From NCBI GenBank assembly GCA_001662655.1, contig KV460213.1: 64,000 nt of DNA, one strand, 5' to 3'. A program made the translations under genes and the position numbers. Positions within the stretch are counted from its first letter, which is position 1. Each line of letters starts with the position of its first letter. The notes beneath the pieces were generated by a model, which was not told the DNA's origin, did no database searches, and was given only the letters and a program-made list of their open reading frames with translations. Of the stretch, positions 41,598-55,343 are shown one piece after another. The stretch is from Pseudogymnoascus verrucosus. Taxonomy: Eukaryota.

Positions 41598-43734
41598 ATG
41601 GCGGATGTTAATGAAAACGGTACCTCTGCGGGCGACCATGACGACTCTGAGTATGAACCAACAACAGACGAGGAAACTGATGAGAGGTTGCATGACTTTT
41701 TTGAACAGCTAATGGATGAAGATGAAGATGAGGATGAGGACGAAGACGAGGGGTCGGGCTCGGAAGTTTACTATGGTTTGCCGCCACGAATTCCATATAT
41801 CAGCAGCTGAAATCATTCTAACGTTTTGCCAGACGCCGAAGGCGGTGCCACGATTGAAGTATTGCCTGACAATGAGGGAGAGGGCGAGGAGGCACAAGAA
41901 TATGATCTTGGAGATCTACAAGGAGGTAAATTGCCTAAGAATTCAAAGTAATTGTGCCTGTTTAACATTTTCCCAGCATCTCCGGCTCAGATATTCTATC
42001 TTTGGGCTAGACAACAACTTCTTTTACGCAGCACCCATGACGTTGATGATGGACAAGGAGCAACCTTTCCACTTCGCCGGCGCCGTCGAAGAGAGAAGCC
42101 CGACCCAAACAGGTTCCCTAAAGTTCCCAGTGAGAAGGGGACTGAGCTCATGAGCTCTGGCGACTTCGGCACGAATGAAATCCAGGCCGCGAGGACAACA
42201 GGACAAAGGAAGAAGCTCGCAAGTAGGATACTGAATAGAGAGCTGGGGATATGCGGCGGGGCTAGGCATAAAGCAAATCAGAACTTGATGGCTCAAGGCA
42301 TGATTCCTTCCTCAAAAGTCGACACTATTATCAACTACGACGCGCCAGTTTATTCGGGTCAGTTCTCAGATGATGGCAATTTTTTCTTTGCGTGTGTGAA
42401 GGATTTTAAAGTGAGAATGTACGATACGTCGAATCCGGTAAGACTGTCCATCTCCTTCAGAATTTAGTCGCATCTAACACAATACCTCAGTACCAATGGA
42501 GATACTATAAGACTGTCAATTATCCATTCGGCAGATGGACGCTGACGGATGCATCTTTGAGTCCGGACAATAGATATCTAGCTTATACCTCTGTGTCCCC
42601 CAGAGTTTGCTTGGCGCCAACAGATCCCAATGACCTCGGCGACCCCTACGACCTAGATCTGTCTAACAATGGCACACGTGGGATAGGATCCAATGGCTTC
42701 AGGCAACGGCACGACGGATTTGGTATTTTTAGCATACGCTTCTCCGGCGATGGTAGAGAGTTGGTGGCTGGCACATCTTCCGAATCCATTTTAGTTCATG
42801 ATATCGAGTCCCGGCAGACCATCCTGGAGATCAACGGCCATGAAGACGAAGTCAACGCGGTATGCTTTGCCGATAAAAGCTCATCAAATATAATATTTTC
42901 AGGTAGCGATGACAATCTAGTCAAGATTTGGGACCGCCGAAGTATGGGTGATAGCCGCGAAGCTGGCGCCTTTGTAGGCCATACTGAAGGTGTCACATAT
43001 ATCGACTCCAACGGCGATGGGCGCTATTGCTTGTCAAACGGCAAAGATCAGACCATGAAACTTTGGGATCTAAGGCAAATGACAGCCAGCAGCCAGCTTT
43101 CGCAGGCCAGCATTCCACGTGGACACTTTGATTATAGATGGGGGAGCTACGACTTAGATGACTGGCGTCCACATCCGAATGACAATTCGGTGGTGACTTT
43201 CCGCGGCCACGACGTGCTCTCTACCTTAATCAGGTGTCATTTCAGCCCTCCTAACTCGTCAAACCGTCGATATGTCTACTCCGGCTCTTCTACCGGGAAG
43301 GTCTTCATTTGGAACATGGACGCAACGATAGCAGGTGAAATCGACGTGCAGAAAGCTACACAGGATACGAGGCCGTTCTCCCCGGAGACGGCAAACAATA
43401 TGTATTATGATGATGATGATGGGGAGTCGGCACCACAATGGAGGACATGTGTGAGAGATGCAAGCTGGAGCCCCAACGCACCAGTAATAGCAGGTACTGT
43501 AATTCTGATTATTTGAGAGAATCCCAACTAACAATTGCTTCCACAGCTTCCGCATGGAATGGCCATGGCATGTGGGCAGGTACCGTCACTACCCATTCAT
43601 GGAACGACGAGGCAGAAGACGACGAGGCGGAACCTGGAGGAGAAAGGGTAAATGAGAAATTGGAAGTCGATCCGTCATATTACAGCTCTAACAGTCGTAC
43701 TCCACGTCGGCGCAGAGGGAGGATGGGTTGGTAA
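41598..43734 (+). CDS. WD40 protein DCAF11/WDR23 (LEC14B family)
   Basis: YSGQFSDDGNFF, FSIRFSGDGRELVAG, WDRRS, SNGKDQTMKLWDLR, LIRCHFSP and CVRDASW. Four introns (near 41776, 41926, 42438 and 43494). Confidence 0.88.
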
Positions 43735-44103
43735 ATAGTAATTGAAATGACTTAGTCTGCGGGACTCTACACCATGAAATATCCAGGCATGACCATTTCC
43801 AATGGCCTATGCGCATCTGCTTGGAGCGGTGTATTGGCATTGGTATTATCTCGGTGTTGTTGGACGGTTTGGGCGCATATGGATATTCAAGACTCGAATC
43901 ATAAAAGCAAGATTGGTAGCAGAACTGCTTGTTGTCTTCATTTCCCGAACTCAATACGCCGAGCTTTAACAAAGTGTTGCGCCCATGAGCCTGTATATGT
44001 CCGCGCCTATGATACAAAGAATCCGTTTCGAAGCTCCTTCGAGGGGCCTTATAATGCTGTTCCCTTCACCACCCAATTACACTCCTTTCACCCAGTTAAA
44101 TAT

Positions 44104-44424
44104 TTAAGCACCGCCAACAAGAATGTTGTTCACAGGAATATGAACTGTAACAATCAACTTGTTAGCAAATCTCCAAACTCATGAGCAAAGGGGTTACGGA
44201 CTCAGCTTAATAACGTAACCAAGAGCACCCATCACAATGAAACCAATGCCAACAGCTCTCGAGATCTGAGTGAACTCGCGGCGGTCCGCTATATTATACA
44301 ATTAGCTTAAATCTCCATGCAGGCGGCGATATAGCGTACGCTTTGTGCAGCGGTTGATGAACATGGTGCCATCCTTCACGAAGTCCTTTGGAATATCCAA
44401 GATCTCTTGGAATTGGTCAGACAT
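44104..44424 (-). CDS. SSS1: Sec61 translocon gamma subunit
   Basis: Spliced MSDQFQEILDIPKDFVKDGTMFINRCTKPDRREFTQISRAVGIGFIVMGALGYVIKLIHIPVNNILVGGA. Introns 44289-44339 and 44145-44201. Confidence 0.95.
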
Positions 44425-45383
44425 GGTTGGTGATATGTGTTGTAATAATTGCTGGATGGGGGAGATTGTGCTTAAGGAGGCACAGAATCTGTCGATTCCC
44501 AAGTGTAAGTTATCGAACTGGGGCTTGGTGAATATTGTCTGGGGAATTGGAAAGCGCCCGGTTGGAGCGAAATGAGGTTGGGGTTGGGGAAGTCGTGTCC
44601 TTAAAGTTGATGTCACGTGGAAGAATGGGAGCTGGATAAACGTTTGGCCGTGTGCAGCTGTCACATCAGGAGGTTCGCGTCGCCCTCAAGTCTCCAACAT
44701 CATCTAGTTACGCGGCGACAAGGGCGACAAGGTATCATCGACTCAACATCCTCTTCATTTCTCACAACTCTATTTCATTTGGAGTTTACTTTTGTAAGGT
44801 ATTAATTAACGGCCGGCATCAGTACTGTGCCGGGGAAGTGTCTAATACGAGCAGTTATTACGCACGCGGCTTCACTATTTGGTAGTGAGATAAGAGTTTG
44901 GAGGTTTGCTCTACAGCTTGAGCTGGATTGAAGGATCTGTACTTCTGAAGGAGGTTTCAATACTTGACATACAGTCTTCAAAGACATCAGTTTGCCTGTA
45001 CCTGACACGGATGTCAACGGAAGATTGCAAGCACAGAGCTTCGTCTTAACATACTCTCCTCTGTCTCCGCCGTTTGAACTATCAAACTTTGATTTGTACT
45101 ACAGTTGAATAATATTCAGGGATTGTACGTATCTTTATGTTCTTATAATGAATATCAATTCCAAGGACGTCGGTTGGTTGGGAACATGCGACACTTTGGT
45201 CAATTATCCTTCTATTGCTGACCTCACTTTTGTACAATATAGAACATCCTTTTTTCTGTTTCTCAAATATACATTTCTGGAAATCTCCTCACTGCCTTCC
45301 ACTTTGGCATGTGCTTCAATCCTCTATAGTCAATTGATTCAAAGACGGCAATCAAGGAGACCACGAAAACCACAGTACCTACA

Positions 45384-46708
45384 ATGGCGGACGACGATTT
45401 TGATATCGACATTTATGGCGATACCAACAACGAGCAAGAAACCCCAACTACGCCGGCCGCAAAGGATGAAGAGGGAGATATAAAGATCGATGGTGCCAAC
45501 AATGATGACACCGACGCAGCTAATAAACCGACTGAAGTGGAGGAAGAAGAGCAAGACACAGATTACGTAGACATTAAAGTTGATTCTGCGCACGATAGCC
45601 ATCCCCAAGAACAACGTCAACAAATCAAAAGTACCGATGAGTCCGGCAAAGATGCTCTCAACATCCCAAAACAAGCTCCGCAACAGCAGGGCGTGAAGCG
45701 CAAAGAAGGCTCTGATGAGAGGCCAATCGATCCTGGAGCAACAACGGCCCTTCTGATTTCCGACTTGCACTGGTGGAATACTGATGACGATGTTCGGGGA
45801 TGGATTAATCAAGCTCAATGCGAAGATGAGCTGAAGGAGATAACATTCAGTGAACACAAAGTGAACGGAAAGAGCAAGGGGTAAGGGCGTCTCTGGGAAT
45901 ATTCCATTTTCTGCTGCTAACCATTGCACAGACAAGCCTATGTTGAGTTCTCCTCTCAGCAAGCTGCCACAGCAGCAAAGCACAAGATAGATACATTCGG
46001 GGAAGGCCAGCAATATGTCAAGAAACATGTCGTAACCTACTCGAATCCGAATGTCAACCCATTCAAGACTCTGCCAAAGGATGCACCCATGCGAGCCGGA
46101 AAAGATGGCCCGACTAATCGACCAGTCGCTGGCAACTATGATAGAACTCAGCAGAGCTCAGGAAACAACTACGGTGGCAACTTCCGCGGTCGTGGTGGAT
46201 ACAATCGTGGAAACATGAATAACAACATGGGAGGCGGGTTCAACCGCAACTTCCAGAATCCCAGCATGGGTGGCATGGGTGGAAACTTCCAGGCGCCAAT
46301 GGGTGGCTTCAACGCGGGTGCCATGGGGGGAGGCCAGTTTTCGGGCGGATTCAATCGAGGGGGTATGATGAACAATATGCGAGGTGGGCCCGGAGTCATG
46401 AGAGGCGGTCGTGGGGGCATGAATAGCGGGATGATGGGAGGCATGCCTATGGGAGGGATGCAGATGGGCGGTATGCCGGGTGGAATGCAGATGGGTGGCC
46501 CCATGAACATGGGAATGGGCGCAGGGATGCCAGGTAAGTCGCCAATTATACTTCGTACAAACCCATCAACAGAGTCTAATTCAGTTGAGCAGGTGCTGGT
46601 TTCCCAGGTATGCAGCCGCATTTCAATCCAGCCTTCTTCCCACAGAACCAAGCAACCGGAGGAGACTGGCAAAATCCTCATGGAGCAAAACGACCTCGCC
46701 CAGAGTAA
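45384..46708 (+). CDS. RRM/RGG protein, CFIm68 (CPSF6)/Rbp35-like polyadenylation factor
   Basis: DIDIYGD N-terminus, RRM (LHWWNTDDD...EHKVNGKSKGQAYVEF), RGG and Met/Gly/Asn-rich region, C-terminal PHFNPAFF...NPHGAKRPR. Two introns. Confidence 0.82.
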
Positions 46709-47374
46709 TTGTGGTTGGTCCCACTCCCAGGGAAATGCTGCTGTATTAGAGGCGGCCCAGGGTGTGCCGTCTCAAGGTTACGTTTGAAAGGCTGAAAGGA
46801 GTTATTTGGAGTTGGGGTATTGGGGGTGAGTGTTCCTCAGGTATAGAGCGGCATAGCTGTGCCCGGTTTTTCAATCTCAAATCTGTACCAATATTCAGCA
46901 TACCTGCCGAGTCGATCCGAAGTGCTCCAAATACTGAAGGCGGATCAACTCTTTACGCAACACATTATAATTTTTGCCTGTATCATGTCTTATATTGTAC
47001 TTCGGCGAATAGGGGTTTCGAGGGGTTTCGAGGTACTAAACTCCAGGTTTTGATCCGACCAGGTTTTGATCCGACCTGTCTTTGATATTACGCACGGCAG
47101 CAAATGGTGTTTTGTAGGCCACTGGTCATTTCTCTTTTTTTTTCATGTCTGGCAAGTGCGAACTTGGAGTTGCTTGTTGATTGCACTTACCCGTTTTCTC
47201 ACATATGAATCACGCTTTGGTTGTTGCCGACTTTGCAAGCTAAATTCGCGCCATTGTCTTCCACAATTTCAGTGCACACTTCTCGATGAACGCATTGGAA
47301 GTATTGCGTGAAAAGGCATATGTTCAAACAGACTTTCTAGCATTAACCTGGCGCTGGGCAGACCCACGAGCATT

Positions 47375-50036
47375 ATGAATATCAGAACTACAGCTTTCAA
47401 GATGGCGAAAGGCGGCAGCGAACTCACTCCCAGGCAGGCGGCGGACTTTGGCAATCCAGGATATTCCCAGCCGGAAAACTGCGAATGCTATCGAAGGTAT
47501 CGCTTCGATGAAGACAAAGCGCCATTCCTTGGGTTTCTTGCTGTTGCATTGACTATTGTGGTAATCGCGGCATTACTGGCAGGCCTCACATTGGCAATTT
47601 CCAGCTTGGATATGACATGGCTCCAAATTATGAGCACAACTGGCCCAAAAAGGCAAAGGTGAGTTTCCTTCTGAGGTTGAGTCTCTGTCATAGCTCACCA
47701 GCTCCACAGACGTCAAGCAGAGATTGTTTCTCGGATTAAAAGGCACGCCAGCTGGTTTCTCTGTGAGTTTTGTACTTTAAGTAGCCATTTGAGAGGTTTG
47801 CAGAGCTAATATATTTCTAGGCTCCATGGTTTTGACTTCAGTCGTCTGCATGGAGACACTCCCTATTATAGTCCAGTCTCTTTTTGGAACAGGTTGGATA
47901 CCGGTGGTGGTATCGACAATAGCCATTGCGATTTGTTCGGAGTTACTCCCCCAATACCTTATACCCAGACAGGCCTTACTCTGGAGCTACTATTGCTGGC
48001 CATTCATATGGACCTGCATGTGGTTGACGGCGATCATCAGCTGGCCACTCTCATTTTTCCTCGACAGACTTACTTTACCAAAAGAGAGGGAAGCTATGTA
48101 TACAAGGGAGCAGCTGGCGATGCTTATCAAATTACATGAACGGCAAGAGAAACATGGCGGCCACCTTGGTCCTGATGCCGGACGGGCTGCAAGAGGCGCT
48201 TTAGATCTCGATGGTCGAACTCTTGAGAGGTCACCTTTGGGCTCATTCTACGACAGCAAAAGTATAACTGACATTGCAGGTGACCCAGAGAAAGCAGATT
48301 ATACCACCTCCGACATTATCGTTCCTTGGTCTGCAGTCAAATTCATTGGAATCGATGATCTAGTTAATGAACAGTTCATAGTGAAAATCAAACAGTTCTC
48401 ATATAGTCGAATTCCTGTCATTGGAAACGAGGACTTGGTTACTGTCGCGCCAACTGAACACGGGGGTGCTTCGAACGACCAAAGAATATTTGGTTTCCTT
48501 CACATCAAGGTTGGTAAAAACCCCCTCATGTTAGAATTTTTCTGAGATCCAGTAGACGCTCCTTGGGCTGGATTTGCAGAACAGTGGGAAAGAGATTCGA
48601 GTTAGAGACCTACCTCTATATCCTCTGCCCATTGTACGAGATGACCTCCCATTATACGACTTGCTAAATATGTTTCAGTTGGGAATATCAAGGTATGTAG
48701 TAACGTTCTATAATTTCCAGTTGAACCAGAAATTGTCCATGAAGCCAAATTAACAAATCTCAGAATGGCTGTAGTGATCCTAGCCCCAGCAAGAGATTGG
48801 ACAGACAATCAAGCTACGCTATCTCCGAATATAAAAGATAATACTCGAGCTGCTGTTCCTCTATGGTCTTCGGCCACTGGTGTAAATGTTCGGGGGTCCC
48901 TAGACTTGAGAAAGCTCGGTGGCCGCGTGGATTGGATAGCAGACTTTCTGGACACCACACAGAATGATGCCGGTGACGCCAACCCATCACCCATAGTAAC
49001 AGGCATCAGGTGCCCAGCGCCACTAGGGATCATCACATTTGAGGATATTCTCGACGCGCTTTTGCAGAAAACTAGTCGAGATGAAAAGGATTTTTTCGAA
49101 CGGAGAACATTTGATCCGCCCACCAAGTCAAGAAAGGAAGGAGATGACAATACTGTGAGAAGTTCGCGGAGCATTTTCAGATCAAGGAGGGATATTCCTA
49201 CACATGCAAGCGGGGCGCATGTAGCATTTGGCGGAAATAGTCAAGGTCAAGGAGCACTACGCAGACGAATCCCGTCTAAAACTACCAGTGCAATGGATTG
49301 TACGCCCGGTGTCGCTGCGTTTGGTATGGATGGAAATGATGAACGAAGCGTCTCCGTCCATGGAGCACTTACCGCTGACCACAGTTCTTATACGGAAAAT
49401 AGCGAAGGGGGCTTCCATGGCCCATCTTCGTCTGCGGATACAGAGCTTAGCACTCTTGCTCAACGCAATATCTCCGTGAACCACAAGCTCAGGTGTCTCA
49501 AAGGACGTTCTGTTAACTCAACGAGAACTGTTAGTGCTCCTGAAAACCCCACGGAACCAGCCTTCCAGTTAGGGTTGGATATTCTCCCAAGGCATTCTAG
49601 CTCTGGCTTTTCTCGCTTTGTTGGCGAAGCGTACGATGCAACGTCATATGAGAGAGAGGTCCCAGGTCTAGACGAACTGCCTGCGAATCTCGAAGATACT
49701 TCAGATGTCGATGAGGTTTTGCCGCAGGAATTGGTTGGTGGAAGCGCTTTATCCTCATACTATTCCTCCCACTCTGGTGTCGTTGCTAGACCTCAAACAT
49801 CCGAGCCGGCGAGCCACATCGCAAACGAGAATGTTCGTGCGGGGTCGGGGATGAACACCCTACCACGTATGAATTTTGGGCCTCGGTTGGCTATAGGGAC
49901 TATTATAAGTCAAGAAATTCATCCGAGAGAGAAGAGCTTCCATGATGACCGTTCTTTGCTGCCGAGTCAATGGAGAGATATTGAGAGTGGAGAGTCAAAA
50001 GAGAATACAGCGCGGCGCACAAGCTTTTGGATTTGA
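47375..50036 (+). CDS. CNNM/DUF21 plus CBS-domain membrane protein (Mam3-like); start codon uncertain
   Basis: AGLTLAISSLD, ETLPI, ELLPQ, ISWPLS, YSRIPV, LLNMFQLG...MAVV and GIITFEDI. About four introns (near 47659, 47763, 48510 and 48693). Confidence 0.75.
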
Positions 50037-50300
50037 GTTTCACAGTTTGAACTTTCAGAAAGGTCGGGTTTGTAACATAATTGTGGGATCTATATATCCC
50101 CACAGCACTCAAGTGCGCCTTGATGGTAATCGGCCTCGACAGCTTATGGTACCTCTATTACTTGGTGCTTTTTGTTCTAGAGATTTGAGGGAAGGAGCCA
50201 TTGTTTATTATTGTTAGCCGTTCTTCTATCATTAGCTTCATGAAGTCGTTGGAAAAGCTTGACCATGAAGATTGTCGGTGCCGCTCTGTCCATTGCTACC

Positions 50301-51512
50301 CTACAAAACACTGCGCTCAATAGCACCATGTAGAAATAACAGAATCTGGTTCCAGCGCCGCACAAGTGTTTCTACTTGGCTCCTATCTTTCACTTCCAGT
50401 GATAGTAACTGCCCAATGACGTTCTGCGCTTTTGCCACGTACAGTTTCAATACCTTGATCAATAATTCGTCGGCCATAGCTTGATCATGTTGTCCGTCCA
50501 CCCCGCTATCGACAAATCGCTCCCATCGTCTCGCCGGCATGCATAGTGCTCTTAGGGCAACCTCCGTTCGATAGCAGACGCTCTCCTTGTCCAAAACGTA
50601 GTTTCCAAGATAACCAGCGTCTCTAACTAGTTGAAGTTGTACAGCATCCATTTTGGGAATAATAACACTGTCGAGGAGAATATGGTCGAAATCATTCTCA
50701 TCCATGACGAAGCCGTATTCGGCCAGTAAGAAATCGTTGCTGTGCTTGCCATAAGAGATATAAATCTCTTCCCCCTTTTCATACACCTTGTTGCTGGTAA
50801 TCTCAAATCCCTCTGGCCCGAACTCAACAGTACATCCCTCGGATGAATGGTTGAAATAGTCGGCAAAGGGGTTTAACGCCATGCAATCCTTTGGGTCCTT
50901 CTTCTTCTTGGTCCCGGGGGGGACATGGTAGAATGTGCGTGTATTTACAATCAGCCAGTTGTACAGGTAATGGTCTCTACTAAGGGCTGGAAAGGCACCA
51001 GAGACGGTGGCCCAATCAAGCTCAAATTTCTTGATTTGGTCAGAGAGGAGAGCCAAAGCGGCCTGCGGAAGGAAATCCTGCAATATAGGAGGCCATTGAA
51101 TGGGCATAGACTTTTGGAAGTCCTCTTGTGAAGGAAGGACATCTCGCCAACGTGACCTGGCTTTGTCCGTATCGAGGGACAGGTCCGCAGCCAGAAGGCC
51201 GTGAGCTGTAATTTTACCAAGCGAGACAGAAATAGCTTTGGGAACTGTAAGAGTTGTCCGAAGTGCACTTGTTGGGACGGTCAATATGATCTTGCCAGCC
51301 TATTTCTAGTTAGTATTGGACTGTGATATCAGATGTGTCATGCCAATTCTTGCCAAGGCGTCTTGGATGGACTATATGAGAGCTTCACGAACCTCTTGTC
51401 TTTCTTTGGCCACAATCCCAAGGCCCCGGCCTGGAAATTGATGCGCTGCTATTCCATAGAGCTTAACGCCTTGTAATTCAGCCCATCTTGTGAACTCTTC
51501 ATGCTTATCCAT
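50301..51512 (-). CDS. SET-domain protein lysine methyltransferase (Rkm/Set11-like)
   Basis: GRGLGIVA in exon 1, VNTRTF, PFADYFNH and EIYISYG...LLAEYGF. Intron 51300-51392. Confidence 0.85.
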
Positions 51513-51841
51513 CACCAGCAGACTCGCTGAGTGCCGAAGTAACCCTTCCAATGCTTCCCGGACTTAAAAGAAGGCCGCCATGTTTAAGTCAATGAAGTGG
51601 TATAACTCATATACTTTAATAATGCGAGACTCATTTACTTTTCTTCTGAGCAAAATACAAGTAACCGTTGGGGTGAAGTTATGAATTTGGACGCAAAATA
51701 AAGTATATGCGGGAGGGCCCGCTCACCAGCCACAGCTCCACACCTATGTGAATCTCGATCCACCGAACATGCTCGATAACAACTCCAAGATCAGTCAGTA
51801 ACCCGCACGACTACGGGTCTTTGCACCGATAGCTCAACACA

Positions 51842-52755
51842 ATGGCCCTTTTATTACGGCGGCCCATCGTCAGTAAGCTGCCACATGAGCTCTTTACGGC
51901 CTGTGCAATTTCCGCGTCTCCCAGGCCATTTTCTGTGCTCAATAGACCCCCACCGAACTATGAAGGCCATGTGCCATTAACGAGACTCGAGCAGGCTGGT
52001 CTTGCTGTCGGGTCAGCCATTACATCTTTAATTGACCCATATCGACACGGTGAGCCCAATATCTATGCTGGTGAGGGGAGCAATGGCTGAAGGACGTCAC
52101 AGACATGGTTGCCGCTTTGGGCGAAGCAACCGCAACACCATACTTTATCTACCGTCTTCGCGACGCTATGCTCGCCGATTCCACAGGTCGCCGCATACTC
52201 CGAGATAGGCCGCGCATAACCTCGAAAACGATGAGCCTAGAGCACCTGCGAACACTTCCTGAAAACACAGTTGGGCGCGCATACGCCGATTGGTTGGACC
52301 GTGAGGGCGTGACACCGGATACCAGGGATCAAGTACAATATATCGATGATGAAGAGTGTGCATATGTCATGCAAAGATACCGAGAGTGCCACGATTTTTT
52401 CCATGCAGTTACCGGACTGCCGGTATTTGTGGAGGGAGAGATTGCGCTGAAGGGATTCGAGTTTGCGAATACACTGCTGCCAATGACGGGGTTGAGCTTA
52501 TTCGCCGTGACGAAGATGAAGCCTGCGGCTAGAAAGAGGTTTTGGGACATATATTTACCGTGGGCACTTTATAATGGGTTAAATTCGAAGGACTGTATTA
52601 ACGTTTACTGGGAAGAGGAGCTGAATACGGACGTGGCTGCACTGAGGAAACGGCTGGGCATTGAGCAGCCTCCGGACTTGAGGAGCATCAGGAAGCAACA
52701 AAAAGAGAAGAAAAAAGCCGAAAAAGAGGGCAGGGAAGGAGAAAAACGAGTATAA
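51842..52755 (+). CDS. COQ4: Ubiquinone biosynthesis protein Coq4
   Basis: DPYRH joined to [19 protein letters not shown] and [10 protein letters not shown]...GE. Intron 52050-52102. Confidence 0.93.
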
Positions 52756-52875
52756 ATATGTATAATATTGTAGATCAACGCCAAGTCCCAAGACCATGAA
52801 AACACACAATCGTTATTTCAGTGTAGCAATATGGCCATAAGCCATGCCTTTTCCCAGTAGAGTACCCCATTTGGG

Positions 52876-53443
52876 CTACATATTGAACAAGTCGTCATCA
52901 TCGTCATCCCATCCGCCCTTTCGCCTGCTAATCACAATCTTCTCCTCTTCCTTCGTCTCAGCCACGGCGTTGAGCAGGTCTTTCAACTGCTCCTCGGTGA
53001 CCTTCTGCCTCAACTGTCCCGACCTTGCCAGTGTAATCAGCCTGTTTTCCACATCATCTGCTCGGGACGCCTTGACGAGACGAATTCTTCCGAGGCGCTC
53101 TGCCGCGGCTGGCTCGAGGATTTGGTTCAGGATCGACTGTCTCGCATCAGCTATGGCAGGTTAGCTGCTCTGTGTCGATTGATTTGGGTCGGTATACGTA
53201 CATTCTTGTTGCCTGTATATTTGTCAGTTTAATATGTCCCATAATATGTAACAGGTGGCATGCGCTCACTGTCTCTGGTCATCTTGACCGCCGCCGCCTG
53301 CGCTGCTTGCCCCTCCCCCTCCCCCACCTTGGGATTTGAGCTGCGCCAGGCGTGCCTTTCTAATCTGTACAAGCGCTGTTTAGCCGGGGCTGCGATAGTA
53401 GATTGGGTATATGCCTTACTTCTTCGAGATCAGCGTCCGCCAT
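52876..53443 (-). CDS. PDCD5/Sdd2 double-stranded DNA-binding domain protein
   Basis: MADADLEE joined to IRKARLAQL...ILNQILEPAAAERLGRIRLVK...KVTEEQL. Four exons including an 11-nt exon at 53202-53212. Not captured by the ORF track. Confidence 0.88.
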
Positions 53444-53798
53444 CTTGGTTGACTGTTTGTGGTGTTTTGCGCTAGAGGTAGCTCTTTCAAGATCGTGGTT
53501 GACACTAAAGTGTTCGGGTGCGGGGACGAAGCCTTATCGGACCAAGCCCGTGGAATTTCAAGTCTAGGTTTAAGGCTTCAAATTACTATTTCTCAAAAAA
53601 GTCAAAGCGATACACAACAGACATCGTATTATATTTACAAAATTCTCTCTATTGAATATCGTACCCAAGCCTCGTTCATCAATAGATGCAGGCTCACCAA
53701 CGCCGCTTGTAAACACGCCACTATCGTACACCTAGCTCGTAAATACATATATACTATACACCACCGTTCTTTCTGGCGAGATTATGTTCTTGTAGGGA

Positions 53799-55343
53799 TC
53801 AGAATCTTCTGTCCTTCTTGTAGGGGATGTAACTGTTTGCCTCCTGACTTCTCATGGCCGTCTTTGCCTTTACCATTCGTTCCATCAACGTGTTGTTAGG
53901 ACAATCAATCCCAAGCTCTGCCGCTCTTTTGAGAATATACCCTGTGAAGTATCCTACTTCACTCTTCTTCCCCAATCTTACGCTCCGAACCATGTCATGG
54001 ATCTCGGAACTGGTCATAGTAGCAACCTGGACAAAGGTTCTCTCGATCTTCCTAGGATGCAATCGGTAACTTAGTCCAGTCTCGCCTTTCAGTTCGGGTA
54101 ATTCTGAGGCAACCGTTGAGATCTCATTTAGCACCTCTCGTAAAAGAAGGGTGACCATGTAATTGCTTAGCAAGTCGCCGTTCTTGCAATCGAACATGAC
54201 TGCCAAGGGCCCGATCACAGCTTCCACAGCCAGCCGCTCCAATTTGAGTACCAATAGCTCAGCAGGCGATACTCCCTTTGCATTCAGCGCGGGGGATCGA
54301 GCGAGTGACCGTAGAAGGCTCCTTGTGGAATCAATCATGTCCACAGCGTCGGATGACGTCTCATCACCTTTCTGGGCAGCTAGAAATATTTCTCCTTCGC
54401 CAGAATGCAATGTTGTGAACGTCCTGGCTGGGTGGTTTCGGAGGCTATGCGAGGTCATCCCCTCAATATAGCGTGGCCTCGTGGCTGGGTTTGGAAACAC
54501 GTTTTCATTGACCTCGTCAATCACACCCATACCATTCTGCAAAAACAATATCGTAGAGGTGGAGTGGAGTCGGTCCTTTATAGGCAGAAGGGAACGGACT
54601 GTGACTGGTGCTTCGGTGGTGACTATGAGTTGGTCGATGTTCCAGCCGTCCTGTCCAAAAAGCACGTTCTTGGTACTTAGCATCCGGCCTTGAGTATATT
54701 CCGCTTGGGTCAGATTCGGGTTTTCGATATCAAATCCAATTTGTACCATGGATTTCTTGGCCTCGAGCAGCTCCAAAATCTGCCCTTCTGAGTGCCATTG
54801 ATTGACAAGGGATGGCCGTTGTAGCAATAGCGAAATGGGCGGCCGGCCTCCGAGACTGGCCAGTGAATGGGCTACAAACTTCCCTTCTTTTCCAGTGCCC
54901 AAAATATGTATCCTACTCGGTTTGGAATGTGTGTGTGTAGAAACCTCCTCTTTTTCCCCTGGGTCCATCTCCTCTCCCTCTTCCTCCCTGATTTCGCGGT
55001 GTTGAGGATCCGACGCATTTATTGATGCTTCTGACTCTAACGTTCGTGGCGTTGGTATACTGTTTCTCGGCGTAGAAATATTTCGAGAAGATGTGCGCGG
55101 TATCCTCTGCTCGTAGCCGCGGCCAGCTTCTTCTCTGCCTCCTTCTTCTCCCGAGGGTTCGACATGTGCAAATTCGGAATTCCAATGCACCCTCTGCGAC
55201 GAGTACCTCCTTCCATACTGGATGGAGATCAAGCGCCTGGCCCCCCGGCCCTCTAAAATGTTACCGCAGCTCCATAAAGGGTGTCTGTGAGGTATGCTGG
55301 CAAACACCCGCGACAGCGGTCGACCGCACGTTGAAATAGACAG
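53799..55343 (-). CDS. Ketopantoate reductase-like protein (ApbA/Pan5 family), probably mitochondrial; start uncertain
   Basis: IHILGTGKEG, LFLQNGMG, KLERLAVEAVIGPL...NG and SEVGYFTGY. Presequence-like N-terminus without an in-frame ATG. Confidence 0.75.
   Translation of the reverse strand: MSISTCGRPLSRVFASIPHRHPLWSCGNILEGRGARRLISIQYGRRYSSQRVHWNSEFAHVEPSGEEGGREEAGRGYEQRIPRTSSRNISTPRNSIPTPRTLESEASINASDPQHREIREEEGEEMDPGEKEEVSTHTHSKPSRIHILGTGKEGKFVAHSLASLGGRPPISLLLQRPSLVNQWHSEGQILELLEAKKSMVQIGFDIENPNLTQAEYTQGRMLSTKNVLFGQDGWNIDQLIVTTEAPVTVRSLLPIKDRLHSTSTILFLQNGMGVIDEVNENVFPNPATRPRYIEGMTSHSLRNHPARTFTTLHSGEGEIFLAAQKGDETSSDAVDMIDSTRSLLRSLARSPALNAKGVSPAELLVLKLERLAVEAVIGPLAVMFDCKNGDLLSNYMVTLLLREVLNEISTVASELPELKGETGLSYRLHPRKIERTFVQVATMTSSEIHDMVRSVRLGKKSEVGYFTGYILKRAAELGIDCPNNTLMERMVKAKTAMRSQEANSYIPYKKDRRF

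Noticed and set aside
47011..47076. Short tandem duplications (AGGGGTTTCG x2, CCAGGTTTTGATCCGA x2)
   Set aside because: Two-copy slippage products with no further structure.
20473..55343. Pantothenate kinase and ketopantoate reductase-like gene as a CoA cluster
   Set aside because: They are over 30 kb apart, separated by many unrelated housekeeping genes.
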